Origin: Azospirillum sp.
GTDB lineage: Bacteria; Pseudomonadota; Alphaproteobacteria; Azospirillales; Azospirillaceae
Direction: 5' to 3'
Length of the DNA stretch: 64,000 bases
Assembly (NCBI GenBank): GCA_031546725.1
Contig: JAVBJZ010000007.1
Location: 788-64,787, forward strand
Under the pieces are notes generated by a model that did no database searches, had not been told where the DNA came from, and worked only from the letters and a program-made list of their open reading frames with translations. Each line of letters begins with the position of its first letter. The first letter of the stretch is position 1. The position numbers were made by a program, and so were the translations under genes. Positions 28,719-38,887 of the stretch are shown piece by piece.

Positions 28719-30856
28719 GACACGAGCCCCAGATGGCGATTCTGCTTGTGCCACAGGTGACGGTAGACATCGCAGCGGCCCAGCAAATCATGGTGCCGTC
28801 CCTGATCAGCGACCTTTCCCTGCTCCATCACCAGAATGGAATCACAGGCGACCAGCGATGAAAGGCGGTGCGAAATGATGATCAGCGTGCGCCCCCTGGC
28901 GATGCCCGTCAGGTTCGCCTGCACGATCGCCTCGCTTTCGGCGTCGAGCGCGCTGGTCGCTTCGTCCAGGATCAGAATGGGTGGGTCGATCAGCAGGGCG
29001 CGGGCGATGGCCAGGCGCTGGCGCTGGCCGCCGGACAAATTGCTCGACCCCTCCTCCAGCATGGTGTCGAAGCCGTGCGGCAGGCGCTCGATGAACTCAT
29101 CGGCGCCCGCCAGGCGGGCGGCCTCCATGACGTCCTCGAACGCCGCCTCCGGCTTCGCGGCGGCGATGTTTTCGCGGATAGTTCCATGGAACAGGAAGCT
29201 GTCTTGCAAAACCACGCCGATGCTGGTGCGCAGATGATCCAGGTCGATCGCGCGCACATCGTGACCATCGATTTTGATCATGCCGTCTTGCGGGCGGTGC
29301 AAGGCTTGCAACAAGCGGGTGAGCGTCGTCTTGCCGGAGCCGCTGCGGCCCATGACGCCGACCATCGCCCCCTTGGGGATGGTGAACGACACGCCGTCCA
29401 GCGCCGGGGTCGCCGATCCTGGATAGGCGAAGCGGACATCGGTGAACGCCACCGTCCCCTCGATCGGGGTGTGCAGCCCCCGCCCCGTGCGCCCCTGCTC
29501 CGAGGGGTGATTCATGATCTGCCCGAGCATGCGCACGGACAGCGACATCTCCTGGAACGGCTGGATCATCTGCGACAGCCCGACGAGCGGCTGGGTGACG
29601 CGCGCGGCGATGATTTTAAAGGCGATCAGCGCGCCGACCATCATGTCACCGTTGAAAACCAGATAAGCGCCCATGGCCATCACCGCGATCTGCGCGCCCT
29701 TGTCGATCGGGTTGATGAGCGTCTGTGCGATGGCCGCGCCGTTCGCCATGGCGAATCGTCGCCGGATGGCGCGAAACAGCAGCCGATCCCAAGCCCGGCG
29801 CTGCTGCGCGTCGAGCGCCAACGCCTTGACGGTGCGCATGCCCTGGATGGTCTCGACCAGGAAGCCCTGAAGCCGCGCCTCGGCCTGATAGAGCGCGTTC
29901 ATGCGCCGGCCCATCACCGGCAGCATCACCACCATGACCAGGCACAACAGCCCCGCCGAACTCAGCACGACCACCGCCAGTTCAGCGCTGTAGGCGAACA
30001 TCAGCGGAATGAGGACGATCAGACCGACGGCGTCCAAAAGCGTCACGAACAATTGGCCGGTCAGGAAATAACGGACCCGCTCGGTTTGCAGCATGTTCTT
30101 CGTGATGACGCCGGTCGAGGCGCGCTCGAAGAAATCCATGGGCAGACTGACCAGCTTTGCGAAAGTCTTCACCCCGACCTGCGCGTCGATCCTGTTCGAG
30201 GCATAGAGCATCAAGCGGCGGCGCAGGTACAAAAACACCGTTTCAAACAGCACGGCGCCCGCCATGCCGACGACCAGAACGTTCAGCGTGCCGAGGCTGT
30301 GATGCACCAGCACCCGGTCGATGATGATCTGCACGAAGACCGGCATCGCCACCGCCAGCACGCTGAGCACCAGGGCCGCCACCGCCACATCCCGGAAAAT
30401 TCGGCGGTGGGTCATGATGAGCGGCATGAACCAAGCGAAGCCGAACGGCGTCTCGTCCTCCTCATCGAGGGTGGCGCGTTTGACCAGGATCGCATCACCG
30501 TTCCAGGCGGCCTTCAGGCGGGTTTCGTCAAGCGGAAGCGGCGCAGGGCTGCCGGCGAGCGGGTCGCGGATCATCGTCACCGGTGTGTCGTTCAACGTCT
30601 CAAACCCGACGATGAGCACGCAATTGCCGTTCCGCAGCCTGGCGATGATGGGAAAAGCCTGATCGAGGCCGCCCAGATCCGCCCATTTCACCCGAAGTGA
30701 ACGCGCCTGAAGGCCGATGGCGTTGGCGATGCTCAGCACCAGGCGGGTCGACGGCTCCCCCGCATCGAGGGCATAGTCATGGCGCAGGCGTTCAGCGGAG
30801 GTCTCGACCCCTCGCGCACGGGCCACCTCCGCCAAACATTTCAAGGCGCTGTGCAT
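28715..30856 (-). CDS. type I secretion ABC transporter with inactive C39-like domain (HlyB type)
   Basis: C39-like N-terminus without catalytic Cys/His (HSALKCL; GNCVL), TMD, GRSGSGKT, LSGGQRQR, ILDEATS. Confidence 0.95.
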   Translation of the reverse strand: MHSALKCLAEVARARGVETSAERLRHDYALDAGEPSTRLVLSIANAIGLQARSLRVKWADLGGLDQAFPIIARLRNGNCVLIVGFETLNDTPVTMIRDPLAGSPAPLPLDETRLKAAWNGDAILVKRATLDEEDETPFGFAWFMPLIMTHRRIFRDVAVAALVLSVLAVAMPVFVQIIIDRVLVHHSLGTLNVLVVGMAGAVLFETVFLYLRRRLMLYASNRIDAQVGVKTFAKLVSLPMDFFERASTGVITKNMLQTERVRYFLTGQLFVTLLDAVGLIVLIPLMFAYSAELAVVVLSSAGLLCLVMVVMLPVMGRRMNALYQAEARLQGFLVETIQGMRTVKALALDAQQRRAWDRLLFRAIRRRFAMANGAAIAQTLINPIDKGAQIAVMAMGAYLVFNGDMMVGALIAFKIIAARVTQPLVGLSQMIQPFQEMSLSVRMLGQIMNHPSEQGRTGRGLHTPIEGTVAFTDVRFAYPGSATPALDGVSFTIPKGAMVGVMGRSGSGKTTLTRLLQALHRPQDGMIKIDGHDVRAIDLDHLRTSIGVVLQDSFLFHGTIRENIAAAKPEAAFEDVMEAARLAGADEFIERLPHGFDTMLEEGSSNLSGGQRQRLAIARALLIDPPILILDEATSALDAESEAIVQANLTGIARGRTLIIISHRLSSLVACDSILVMEQGKVADQGRHHDLLGRCDVYRHLWHKQNRHLGLVS

Positions 30857-30975
30857 GACCGGCCTTCATCATGGTCAGGGTGTTCCTCACATGAACACCC
30901 GAACCCGGAGAAGGTGCCCGCCACCGGGATTTGGTATAAAGTCGAGCGTGTCGGAAGGGACCAAAGCACGAGGGG

Positions 30976-31212
30976 ATGGGTGTGACGGTAAGAGAGTTAG
31001 ATGTGCGCGGCCTGTCCTGTCCGCTGCCGATTCTACGGACACGGGCGCTTCTCGACCGCATGGCCGAGGGTGAAGAGGTGATCGTCTACGTGACCGATCC
31101 CGCCTCGGTGATCGACTTTCGTCACTTTTGCAACATCACGGCCAACGAACTGATCGCGCACGAAACCCGTGAAGACGCGGTGTTCGTCTACCGCATCCGC
31201 CGCCACGCCTAA
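30976..31212 (+). CDS. tusA: TusA/SirA family sulfurtransferase
   Basis: LDVRGLSCPLP motif, TDP.S..D, 78 aa. Confidence 0.9.
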   Translation: MGVTVRELDVRGLSCPLPILRTRALLDRMAEGEEVIVYVTDPASVIDFRHFCNITANELIAHETREDAVFVYRIRRHA

Positions 31213-31228
31213 GGATTCACCGCCTGTC

Positions 31229-32470
31229 ATGATCAACGCCCATCCCATCTCCCCGCCATCCTTGCGCCCCGGTGCGGTCATCCACGGTCCGGGATCGGCG
31301 TCCATCGACATTTTGCTCGACCGCTTCACCAGCGAGCTGATCCGCCGCGGTTTCCGGGTGGGGGGGGTGGTGCAGCGCAATTACGGCATGCGTGATGACT
31401 GCTCGGATCGGATGGAGATGGTGGATGTCGCCACCGGCTACGCCTTTGGCATTTCCCAAAATCTGGGCCGGGAATCACGCGCCTGCCGTGTCGATCCGGC
31501 GGGTGTGGCCGACGCCAGCCAAGCAATCCGCCGCGCCATCGCCAAACAGCCCGACCTGATCGTCGTAAACAAATTCGCCGGGTTGGAGGCGCATGGCGAG
31601 GGCCTGTCGACAGAGATGCTCGCCGCGATCGCCGAGGGAATCCCGGTGCTGACCAGCGTCGGCAGCCGCTTCCTCAATGAATGGCAGAACTTCACCGGCG
31701 GCTACACCGACCTCCTGGCGCCGGACATGGACGCGCTGTGGCGCTGGTGGGGCCCGCACCGGCTGTATGAGGATCTGGCGCTGAGCGTTGAGGACGCCGA
31801 GGTTCGCCGCATCATCATCGGCGCCAAGTGGATCATGGTGGAAACAGTGGCCGGGGCTGTCGGGCTCGTCGCTCGCCCCACCACTGCGGCCCTCTCCCTG
31901 CCCGAAACCCACGGCGGCGGCGCCAGCCTGAAGGCGCTGGCGTTGCAGGCCGCACGGTCATGGGACCCTCTGGAGATCGCCATCGGCATCGCGGCGGTAA
32001 ACGCGCACCACAACCACGCCAACCAAAGCGGCCCGGCTATCAACGGCCTTGACCTCTACGGCGCTATACAGGGGCGGGTTGTGGTGATCGGCGGCTTCCC
32101 GCAAATCGCCCAGCGCCTGCCACACGCCCATGTTATCGAGATCGCCCCCCGCCCTGGCGAATACCCGCAACCCGCTTGCGAATGGTTGCTGCCCGGCGCC
32201 GACGCCGTGGTGGTCACGGCCTCGGCTCTGGCCAACCGGACATTGCCCCAACTGCTGACCGCCGCCCGAACCGCGCCGGCGCCCGGCGCCCGCCTGGCGC
32301 TGGTCGGACCGGGAACACCGCTCACCGCACGGCTGTTCGCTTATGGCGTCGAGACTCTGTGTGGGTTTGTCGCGGTGGACGCGCCCGCGCTGGCGGAGGT
32401 GATCCTCGCCGGTGGCTCATCGAAGCAGTTCCACAAGCATGGCCGCTTCGTGACGCTGCACCGCCCATGA
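31229..32470 (+). CDS. DUF2478 - DUF364 (Rossmann-like) fusion protein
   Basis: N-terminal RVGGVVQ, ISQNLG..S.ACRVD, DLIVVNKF..LEA.GEG, IPVLTSV; C-terminal VVVIGGFP, ADAVVVTASALAN.TL, LVGPGTP. Confidence 0.7.
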   Translation: MINAHPISPPSLRPGAVIHGPGSASIDILLDRFTSELIRRGFRVGGVVQRNYGMRDDCSDRMEMVDVATGYAFGISQNLGRESRACRVDPAGVADASQAIRRAIAKQPDLIVVNKFAGLEAHGEGLSTEMLAAIAEGIPVLTSVGSRFLNEWQNFTGGYTDLLAPDMDALWRWWGPHRLYEDLALSVEDAEVRRIIIGAKWIMVETVAGAVGLVARPTTAALSLPETHGGGASLKALALQAARSWDPLEIAIGIAAVNAHHNHANQSGPAINGLDLYGAIQGRVVVIGGFPQIAQRLPHAHVIEIAPRPGEYPQPACEWLLPGADAVVVTASALANRTLPQLLTAARTAPAPGARLALVGPGTPLTARLFAYGVETLCGFVAVDAPALAEVILAGGSSKQFHKHGRFVTLHRP

Positions 32471-32501
32471 TCCTTCATTCCGATTGAGGCAAAAGCCTCC
32501 C

Positions 32502-33758
32502 TCACCCCAACAGCCCGGTGAAGGGCATAAAGCTGACGATGTCGCCTTCCCGGATCGTGCTGGCGGCGGCGGGCATGTCCACCAGCCCGTCGGACTCCAC
32601 CATGGAGGTCAGCACGCCGGAACTGTCGCTTGGAAATTTGCGCGCCACCGGGCGGCCATCGGCGTCCTTCTCCAAACGCACCCGTAGGAATTCCTGCCGA
32701 CCGGGCTTTTTGGTGAAGGAGAATCCCGCCACCACCAGAGAACGGGGCATCGACGCAGACCCGCCGCCGCCCATCAGGCTCAACACCAGCGGTCGGCCAA
32801 CCAGCATAAAGGTCACCATGGCCGACACCGGGTTGCCGGGCAGGCCAAGGAAGGCGGCGGCGCCTACCCGCCCCAAAGCCAGCGGTTTTCCGGGCTTGAT
32901 CGCCAGCGTCCACAGATCGATCGCCCCCAGCGCGGTGACCGCCGCCTTGACGTGATCCTCCTCCCCCACCGAGACGCCGCCGGAGGTGATGATCAAATGG
33001 GCCCATTGCGCCGCATCCGCCAGCGCCGCCCGCACCACCTCGGCCTTGTCCGCCAGAATGCCAAGATCCCGCACCTCGACCCCCAGCGCCGTGAGCTGCG
33101 CGTTGAGGGTGTAACGGTTCGCATCGTAGATGGCGTGTGACGGCTTGGCCGTGCCGGGTTCCCGCAGTTCATCCCCGGTGGAAAACAGCACCACCCGCAG
33201 GCGTTGGCGCACCGGCAGCGTGGCGCTCCCCACAGCCGCCGCCAGCCCCACTTCCTGTGCACGCAGGAGCCGGCCCGCCTCCAGGACCACGGCCCCGGCT
33301 TTCATGTCCTCACCAGCCGGGCGGATGTTGTCGCCGGGCTCGGGCAGAGAGAGGACGGTGACCGCGCCATCCTCGGCCCGGCAATCCTCCTGCATGACGA
33401 CGGTGTCCGCGCCCGCCGGCAGCGGCGCGCCGGTGAAAATGCGCACCGCCTCGCCAGGGGCGACGGCGCCCTCGAAAGACGCTCCCGCCGGGACCCGCCC
33501 CACCAGCCGCCGCCGCAGCGGCGCCGCCGCGGCGTCAGAAGAGGCATAGGCATAGCCATCCATCGCCGACACGGCAACCGGCGGCACGTCCACCGGCGCG
33601 GTCACCGGCGCGGCCAGGACTCGGCCCAGCGACAGGCCCACCGGCACCGTCTCGACGCCGGTGACCACACCGTAACGCTGCAACACATGGTCCAGAACCG
33701 CATCGAGCGGCATCGGACCGGCTTTTTTGGCGGGGCTGCTGCAACAATCCATAACCAT
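32502..33758 (-). CDS. moeA: molybdopterin molybdotransferase
   Basis: SAMDGYA, RIFTGAPLP.GADTVVMQE, STGDEL, SGGVSVGEEDHVK, IKPGKP, LPGNPVS. Confidence 0.96.
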   Translation of the reverse strand: MVMDCCSSPAKKAGPMPLDAVLDHVLQRYGVVTGVETVPVGLSLGRVLAAPVTAPVDVPPVAVSAMDGYAYASSDAAAAPLRRRLVGRVPAGASFEGAVAPGEAVRIFTGAPLPAGADTVVMQEDCRAEDGAVTVLSLPEPGDNIRPAGEDMKAGAVVLEAGRLLRAQEVGLAAAVGSATLPVRQRLRVVLFSTGDELREPGTAKPSHAIYDANRYTLNAQLTALGVEVRDLGILADKAEVVRAALADAAQWAHLIITSGGVSVGEEDHVKAAVTALGAIDLWTLAIKPGKPLALGRVGAAAFLGLPGNPVSAMVTFMLVGRPLVLSLMGGGGSASMPRSLVVAGFSFTKKPGRQEFLRVRLEKDADGRPVARKFPSDSSGVLTSMVESDGLVDMPAAASTIREGDIVSFMPFTGLLG

Positions 33759-33815
33759 ACCTCTCCTCGCGTCCTACGCGGTGCTCATAGCATACGAAAG
33801 CGGATCGAAGCCGCT

Positions 33816-34865
33816 TCAGTTTGTTACCGGAAGCATGAAGATCTGCCCAGGGTAGATCCGGTCCGGGTCGCGGATCTGGTCGCGGTTGGCCTGGTAAATC
33901 GTGGTGTAACGCACCCCATCACCATAAGAACGGCGTGCGATGCGCCACAGGCTGTTGCCCGGTTGTACGACCACGCTGCCTTCCGGTGGCAGGTCTTTCG
34001 GCATCTCCGAGACCTGAACCGGCAACTCGACACGCGCGCTCACCGTGCCGGAATCGCCGATCTGGTCAGCGCGCAACATGTAGATGTTGGGATCGATGCT
34101 GCGCTCCGGGCTCAGCCGCCAATGTCCCTTGGGGTCGGTGGCGGCGCGACCGATCAGGATGTTGTCCAGGTAAAGATGCACGGAACTGCCCGGCTGCGCC
34201 CGCCCGCCCATGGCGACTCGCCCGTTTGCATCATAATCCACCGTCTCCACCGACACCCCACTGGGTGGTGCTGGCGGCGGGGTTTTAACCGGCTCCGCTT
34301 CAGCCCCGGTCGGCTCCGCCTCCGGTTTGGTTTCAACAGAGAGCGGGGTTTGCAGAACGGTGCTGGCGCCGGGCCCCTCACGCGGAACAGCCACCGCCAG
34401 CGCTTGACCAGGCTGTTCGGGAATCGCCAGCACCACCACACGCCCGGACGGCGTGGTCTCATCACCCTGACGAGCGGTCATGCTGAGTTCACGGCTGCCC
34501 ACCGGCAACGGTTGCGCTGGCAGCAGCACCCATTCACCGCGCGTGTCGGCCGTCACCTCACCGATGGGTCGGTTTGCATCGAATACCGAGACCACGGCGC
34601 CGGGCGCGGCGCGGCCAGCGATCACCGCCTCGCCATCGGGCATCACACGGACCACATCGAACTGTGGCGCGTTCACCGCCTCAGGCTTGGTTTTCTCAGG
34701 CCCGATCTGGGGTTTTACGACCTGGATCGGCTGCGCGGTCTGTGCGATCGGCGGAGCTGATTTTTTGTTTTCTTCATTGCGGCTGGGTGCTGTCAAAAGA
34801 CTATAAGAAACCGTCGCCGCCAAAATGGCGGCCACCACCGCACCAAGAAACAGAGTCTGTCTCAC
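33816..34865 (-). CDS. LysM peptidoglycan-binding protein with Ig-like domains
   Basis: N-terminal anchor, FDVVRV.PDG.AVIAGRA, C-terminal VVQPGNSLWRIARRSYGDG.RYTTIYQANRDQIRDPDRIYPGQ. Confidence 0.92.
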   Translation of the reverse strand: MRQTLFLGAVVAAILAATVSYSLLTAPSRNEENKKSAPPIAQTAQPIQVVKPQIGPEKTKPEAVNAPQFDVVRVMPDGEAVIAGRAAPGAVVSVFDANRPIGEVTADTRGEWVLLPAQPLPVGSRELSMTARQGDETTPSGRVVVLAIPEQPGQALAVAVPREGPGASTVLQTPLSVETKPEAEPTGAEAEPVKTPPPAPPSGVSVETVDYDANGRVAMGGRAQPGSSVHLYLDNILIGRAATDPKGHWRLSPERSIDPNIYMLRADQIGDSGTVSARVELPVQVSEMPKDLPPEGSVVVQPGNSLWRIARRSYGDGVRYTTIYQANRDQIRDPDRIYPGQIFMLPVTN

Positions 34866-35150
34866 CGCCGCATCCTAAGCTGGCGCCCGGTCGGCTGGGC
34901 CAAGCGCTGGGGCAAGTATCGATGGGTCGCGAAGCGGGATCAATGGCCGTATGCGGTACCCCCTGAACTCTTTTGGCAAAAGAGCGCCCCTTTCCGCAGA
35001 GGTGATCCCGATGTGACAAGCCGGGGGGAGAGGCTGTGGCCGACTCCCCCGGCGTCGATGGCCCATGCGCTGCGGATTCCGGTTCAAATCGAACCGGAAT
35101 CCGCTGTAGACAAGGCACGCAATCGAGAACGAACAACGAAGGTTCCTGGG

Positions 35151-35735
35151 ATGAAAACTCCGAACGCCGTCTGTGTGTATTGTGGCGCCTCCAGCCGTGT
35201 CTCCGATGTCTACAAGATGGCTGGGCATAAGCTGGGCGTCGGCTTGGCGGAGCGTAAGATCCAGGTCGTCTACGGCGGTGGCCGGGTTGGGCTGATGGGT
35301 ATCGTCGCCGACGCCGCCATCGGCGCGGGAGGAAGCGTGGTCGGCATCATCCCCGACCATATCCAGGCCCTGGAGGTGGAGCACACCGGCCTGAGTGAGT
35401 TGCATGTGGTCGACAGCATGCACACACGCAAGCGCATGATGGTCGACCGTTCAGACGCCTTCATCGTTCTGCCCGGCGGGATCGGCACCCTGGACGAAAC
35501 ATTTGAAGTGCTGACCTGGAAACAGTTGCGCCTGCACGATAAACCAATCGTCATCGTCGATGTCGACGGCTATTGGGCGCCGCTGGTCGCGATGATCGAA
35601 CACATGATCACGCAGGGATTCTGCCAGCCCGCACACCGCCGCCTGTTCACCGTGGTGAACAGGGTGGAGGATGTGTTCGACGCCCTGAACCGCGAACCCG
35701 AACCGATGGTGTCACCCGAGACGAAGTGGCTCTGA
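35151..35735 (+). CDS. LOG family (TIGR00730) nucleotide phosphoribohydrolase
   Basis: VCVYCGAS, YGGGRVGLMG, MHTRK, PGGIGTLDE signature. Confidence 0.94.
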   Translation: MKTPNAVCVYCGASSRVSDVYKMAGHKLGVGLAERKIQVVYGGGRVGLMGIVADAAIGAGGSVVGIIPDHIQALEVEHTGLSELHVVDSMHTRKRMMVDRSDAFIVLPGGIGTLDETFEVLTWKQLRLHDKPIVIVDVDGYWAPLVAMIEHMITQGFCQPAHRRLFTVVNRVEDVFDALNREPEPMVSPETKWL

Positions 35736-35749
35736 AGCCGTCCCCTTAC

Positions 35750-36748
35750 TCAGGCCGTCCCAACCGGCCCCCCGGATGGGCGGACAGAGCGGCAGAAGCG
35801 CTTCAGGGTGTCTATGGTTGTGGCCAGCGCCGTCTCCGGCACATCGAAGACGGCGCTGTCCACGAAGCGACCATCGGAACCGGACAGGCTGACCTCCAGC
35901 GAGCCGGGAATCCACAGCACCTCGGCATCCAGCAGGCCGTCGTCAACCTCAGCCCGCGCCACTTCGATGAAGCGCTGGAGGTCCTTCAGGTCGGCCCCTT
36001 CCTCCCACGGCTCCTCAGCGACGAACTCCAAAAGGTCGGTCAGCCCGCCCACGGGCCGGCAACGGGTGATGCGCTGGTCGGCCCGGGCGACAGCGGTGGA
36101 GAAATCCTCGATGGCGGCGCCGATGCGCTCAACCTCCTCCTCGCTCTCCTCGTCCTCCCAGGCGTCATCCTCGCCGCCATCGCGCAACGCCTCGTCGAAC
36201 AGACCGACAAAGGCCAGCAAACGCGGCCCCTCGTCGGTTTCGGCGGTCATTTCCTGGTCCACGGCATAACGTGCGGCATCGTCGAAAGACACGAGCATAC
36301 GGCGCAGCAAAGCCCGGCGATCCATCGCTTCGAGATAGGAGAGCTGCTCCGGATCGAACCACACCGGCAACAGGCGAACCCGTTCTTGCGGCTTCAGCAG
36401 GTTGACCGAGGTGAAAGCCTCTTCGATCGCCTCCACCGATGGCGGGGTATGGGCATCCCCCTCCATCTCGGCGACAAACCAGTACAGACTGGTGGAGACG
36501 GCCTGGCCATCCTCGTCGACGCGCTCGACGAACTCAGCCAAGGTCTCGACATCATCCATGAAGGGCATGTGTTCGCCCTCCTTCAGTCTGGACATTGTCG
36601 CCTCGATCAGCGCCTGCCGGCCACCATCCAGCACCTCGTCCAGTTCCTCATCGAAGCGGGGATCTTCGGTCCGCCAGAGGTGAGCCAACCGATCGGCCAG
36701 CGTCGCTTCGATATGGGCCTTCTCCTGCCCGTCGTCCCTCTTGCCCAC
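35750..36748 (-). CDS. uncharacterised acidic protein
   Basis: 332-aa ORF, Asp/Glu-rich, normal codon usage, RBS-like GGAG upstream; family not recognised. Confidence 0.75.
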   Translation of the reverse strand: MGKRDDGQEKAHIEATLADRLAHLWRTEDPRFDEELDEVLDGGRQALIEATMSRLKEGEHMPFMDDVETLAEFVERVDEDGQAVSTSLYWFVAEMEGDAHTPPSVEAIEEAFTSVNLLKPQERVRLLPVWFDPEQLSYLEAMDRRALLRRMLVSFDDAARYAVDQEMTAETDEGPRLLAFVGLFDEALRDGGEDDAWEDEESEEEVERIGAAIEDFSTAVARADQRITRCRPVGGLTDLLEFVAEEPWEEGADLKDLQRFIEVARAEVDDGLLDAEVLWIPGSLEVSLSGSDGRFVDSAVFDVPETALATTIDTLKRFCRSVRPSGGPVGTA

Positions 36749-36885
36749 GCCCCATCTCCACTAAGCATTCCCTGATCAGCAGGGGATCTTAGGGACCTCG
36801 GCCTCACCCGTCCAGCATTGCAGCGATGGCCTTCGGGGCTATCGTTCAGGAATTCGGCGGCGCTGCGCCGCCGCGCGCGCCTGTT

Positions 36886-37311
36886 TCAGTCTCCTGACGC
36901 CTCCCGCACCTCGAAGTCGTGGGTGATCTGGGCCATAGCGCCCAGCATCACCGAGGCCGAGCAATATTTCTCCGCCGACAGCGCGATCGCGCGTTCAACC
37001 TTCGTGGGGTCAAGGGCGCGGCCGGTCACCACGAAATGCGCGTGGATCCTGGTGAACACCTTGGGATCGGTCTCGGCGCGCTCGGCGTCGAGTTCAACCC
37101 AGCAGTCGGTCACCGTCTGGCGGCCCTTTTGCAAGATCGTCACCACATCGATCGACGAGCAGCCGCCCATGCCCAGCAGCAGCATCTCCATAGGCCGGAT
37201 TCCCAGGTCACGCCCGCCCACGGTCGGGGCGGCGTCCATGACCACACTGTGCCCGCTTCCCGATTCACCGACGAACATCAGGCCTTCCACCCACTTCACA
37301 CGCGCCTTCAT
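36886..37311 (-). CDS. OsmC family protein (YhfA-like)
   Basis: MKARVKWVEG, RPMEMLLLGMGGCSSIDV, LSAEKYCSAS. Confidence 0.93.
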   Translation of the reverse strand: MKARVKWVEGLMFVGESGSGHSVVMDAAPTVGGRDLGIRPMEMLLLGMGGCSSIDVVTILQKGRQTVTDCWVELDAERAETDPKVFTRIHAHFVVTGRALDPTKVERAIALSAEKYCSASVMLGAMAQITHDFEVREASGD

Positions 37312-37402
37312 CGCTTCGCCTCCATTGCTCTCAATGATTTTTGAGGCTAAAGGGGGTGATCCCCTGGCGCAAGCCTGCCGCGACTCTGCACCCGAAAGCC
37401 GC

Positions 37403-38887
37403 ATGACGTCGCCGTGCGTGGCGTCTGGCCAATGCGGAGCGATTGCGACGCCTCCCTGCCCACACCACGTTGGAGAAGACACGCCCCCCTGTGGCGCTTA
37501 TGCTCTCCCTCCATCCGCCGGAACGCCGTTGGTCTTCATTCCCTTTCCCTACACCGTCCCCGCCACCGCCTTCCGCCCCCTCGCCGGGCAGGCTTACGCC
37601 ATGCTGCTGGACAGCGCCGTGACCGACGGTGAGCGAGGCCGTTTCTCCATCATCGCCGTTGAGCCCGTCCGGGTGATTGAGGCGACGAACGGGCAGGTGC
37701 GGGTGAACGGCGCGTTGGTGTCCGGCGACCCCTTCGCGGTGCTGGAACGGGAGTTGGGAGCCTGCCGCCAATCAACAGCGGACCCGGTCCCCTTCACCGG
37801 CGGGGCGATAGGCTTTCTTGGCTACGAATTGTCACGGACACTGGAGCGGCTGCCGGCGCGGCACGGCAATCCCCATGGGTTGCCGGATATGCTCGTCGGA
37901 ATCTATGAGACCGTCGCCGTCTTCGACCAGAAAGAGCAGCAGGCCTGGGCCACAGGCCCGGACGCGCTGGGGTTGGCCCGGCGGCTCTCTGCCCCACTGT
38001 CGCCAGCCCCATCATTTCCGCCCATGACGGCGGCCGCACGCTGGATCCCTGACCTGGAGCGTAGCGCGTACATGCAGCGGGTGCAGCGGGTTCTGGATTA
38101 CATCTACGCCGGCGATATTTTCCAAGCCAACTTCACCCAGCGCTTCGTGGCGCCCCGTCCCCCGGAAATCCCTGCCTATGCGCTGTACGAACGGTTGCGG
38201 AGCATAAGCCCGGCTCCGTTCTCCGCCTTCCTCAACGGCGGGCCGGCCCTGCAAATCGCCAGTGTTTCACCCGAGCGCTTCCTGCGCCTGTCGGCGGGCG
38301 GAGCGGTCGAGTCGCGGCCAATCAAAGGCACCCGCCCCCGCCACGCCGACCCAGCCGCCGACCGCGCCGCAGCGGAAGACCTTCTGGCCAGCACCAAGGA
38401 CCACGCCGAAAACCTGATGATCGTCGATTTGATGCGCAACGACCTATCGCGCGTCTGCGCGGTGGGTTCGGTCCGTGCGCCGAAACTGGTGGGGCTGGAG
38501 AGTTTCGCTTCCGCCCACCACCTCGTCTCTTCGGTGACCGGGCGCTTGCGCCCTGGGCTCGGGCCGGTGGATCTGCTGCGCGCCGCCTTTCCCGGTGGCT
38601 CCATCACCGGCGCGCCCAAGGTCCGCGCCATGGAGATCATCGATGAGTTGGAAGAATCCCGTCGCGGCGCCTATTGCGGCAGCGTGGTATGGATCGGTTT
38701 CGATGGCGCCATGGACAGCAGCATCGTCATCCGCACCCTATCGATAACCAGCGATGCCGTGATCGCCCAGGCCGGGGGTGGTATCGTCGCCGATTCCGAC
38801 CCCGCTGCGGAGTGGGAGGAGATGCTGGTGAAAATCCGCCCGCAACTGACCGTCCTGTCCGGCAGCGTAGAAGAGGAATGGGGATGA
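37403..38887 (+). CDS. pabB: aminodeoxychorismate synthase component I
   Basis: LLDSA, FTGGAIGFLGYE, GDIFQAN, SPERFL, SRPIKGT, AENLMIVDLMRND, FPGGSITGAPK. Start uncertain. Confidence 0.9.
   Translation: MTSPCVASGQCGAIATPPCPHHVGEDTPPCGAYALPPSAGTPLVFIPFPYTVPATAFRPLAGQAYAMLLDSAVTDGERGRFSIIAVEPVRVIEATNGQVRVNGALVSGDPFAVLERELGACRQSTADPVPFTGGAIGFLGYELSRTLERLPARHGNPHGLPDMLVGIYETVAVFDQKEQQAWATGPDALGLARRLSAPLSPAPSFPPMTAAARWIPDLERSAYMQRVQRVLDYIYAGDIFQANFTQRFVAPRPPEIPAYALYERLRSISPAPFSAFLNGGPALQIASVSPERFLRLSAGGAVESRPIKGTRPRHADPAADRAAAEDLLASTKDHAENLMIVDLMRNDLSRVCAVGSVRAPKLVGLESFASAHHLVSSVTGRLRPGLGPVDLLRAAFPGGSITGAPKVRAMEIIDELEESRRGAYCGSVVWIGFDGAMDSSIVIRTLSITSDAVIAQAGGGIVADSDPAAEWEEMLVKIRPQLTVLSGSVEEEWG

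Noticed and set aside
28715-30856. Bacteriocin-processing peptidase ABC exporter
   Set aside because: Catalytic Cys and His positions are substituted (S, N), and no double-glycine precursor was seen nearby.
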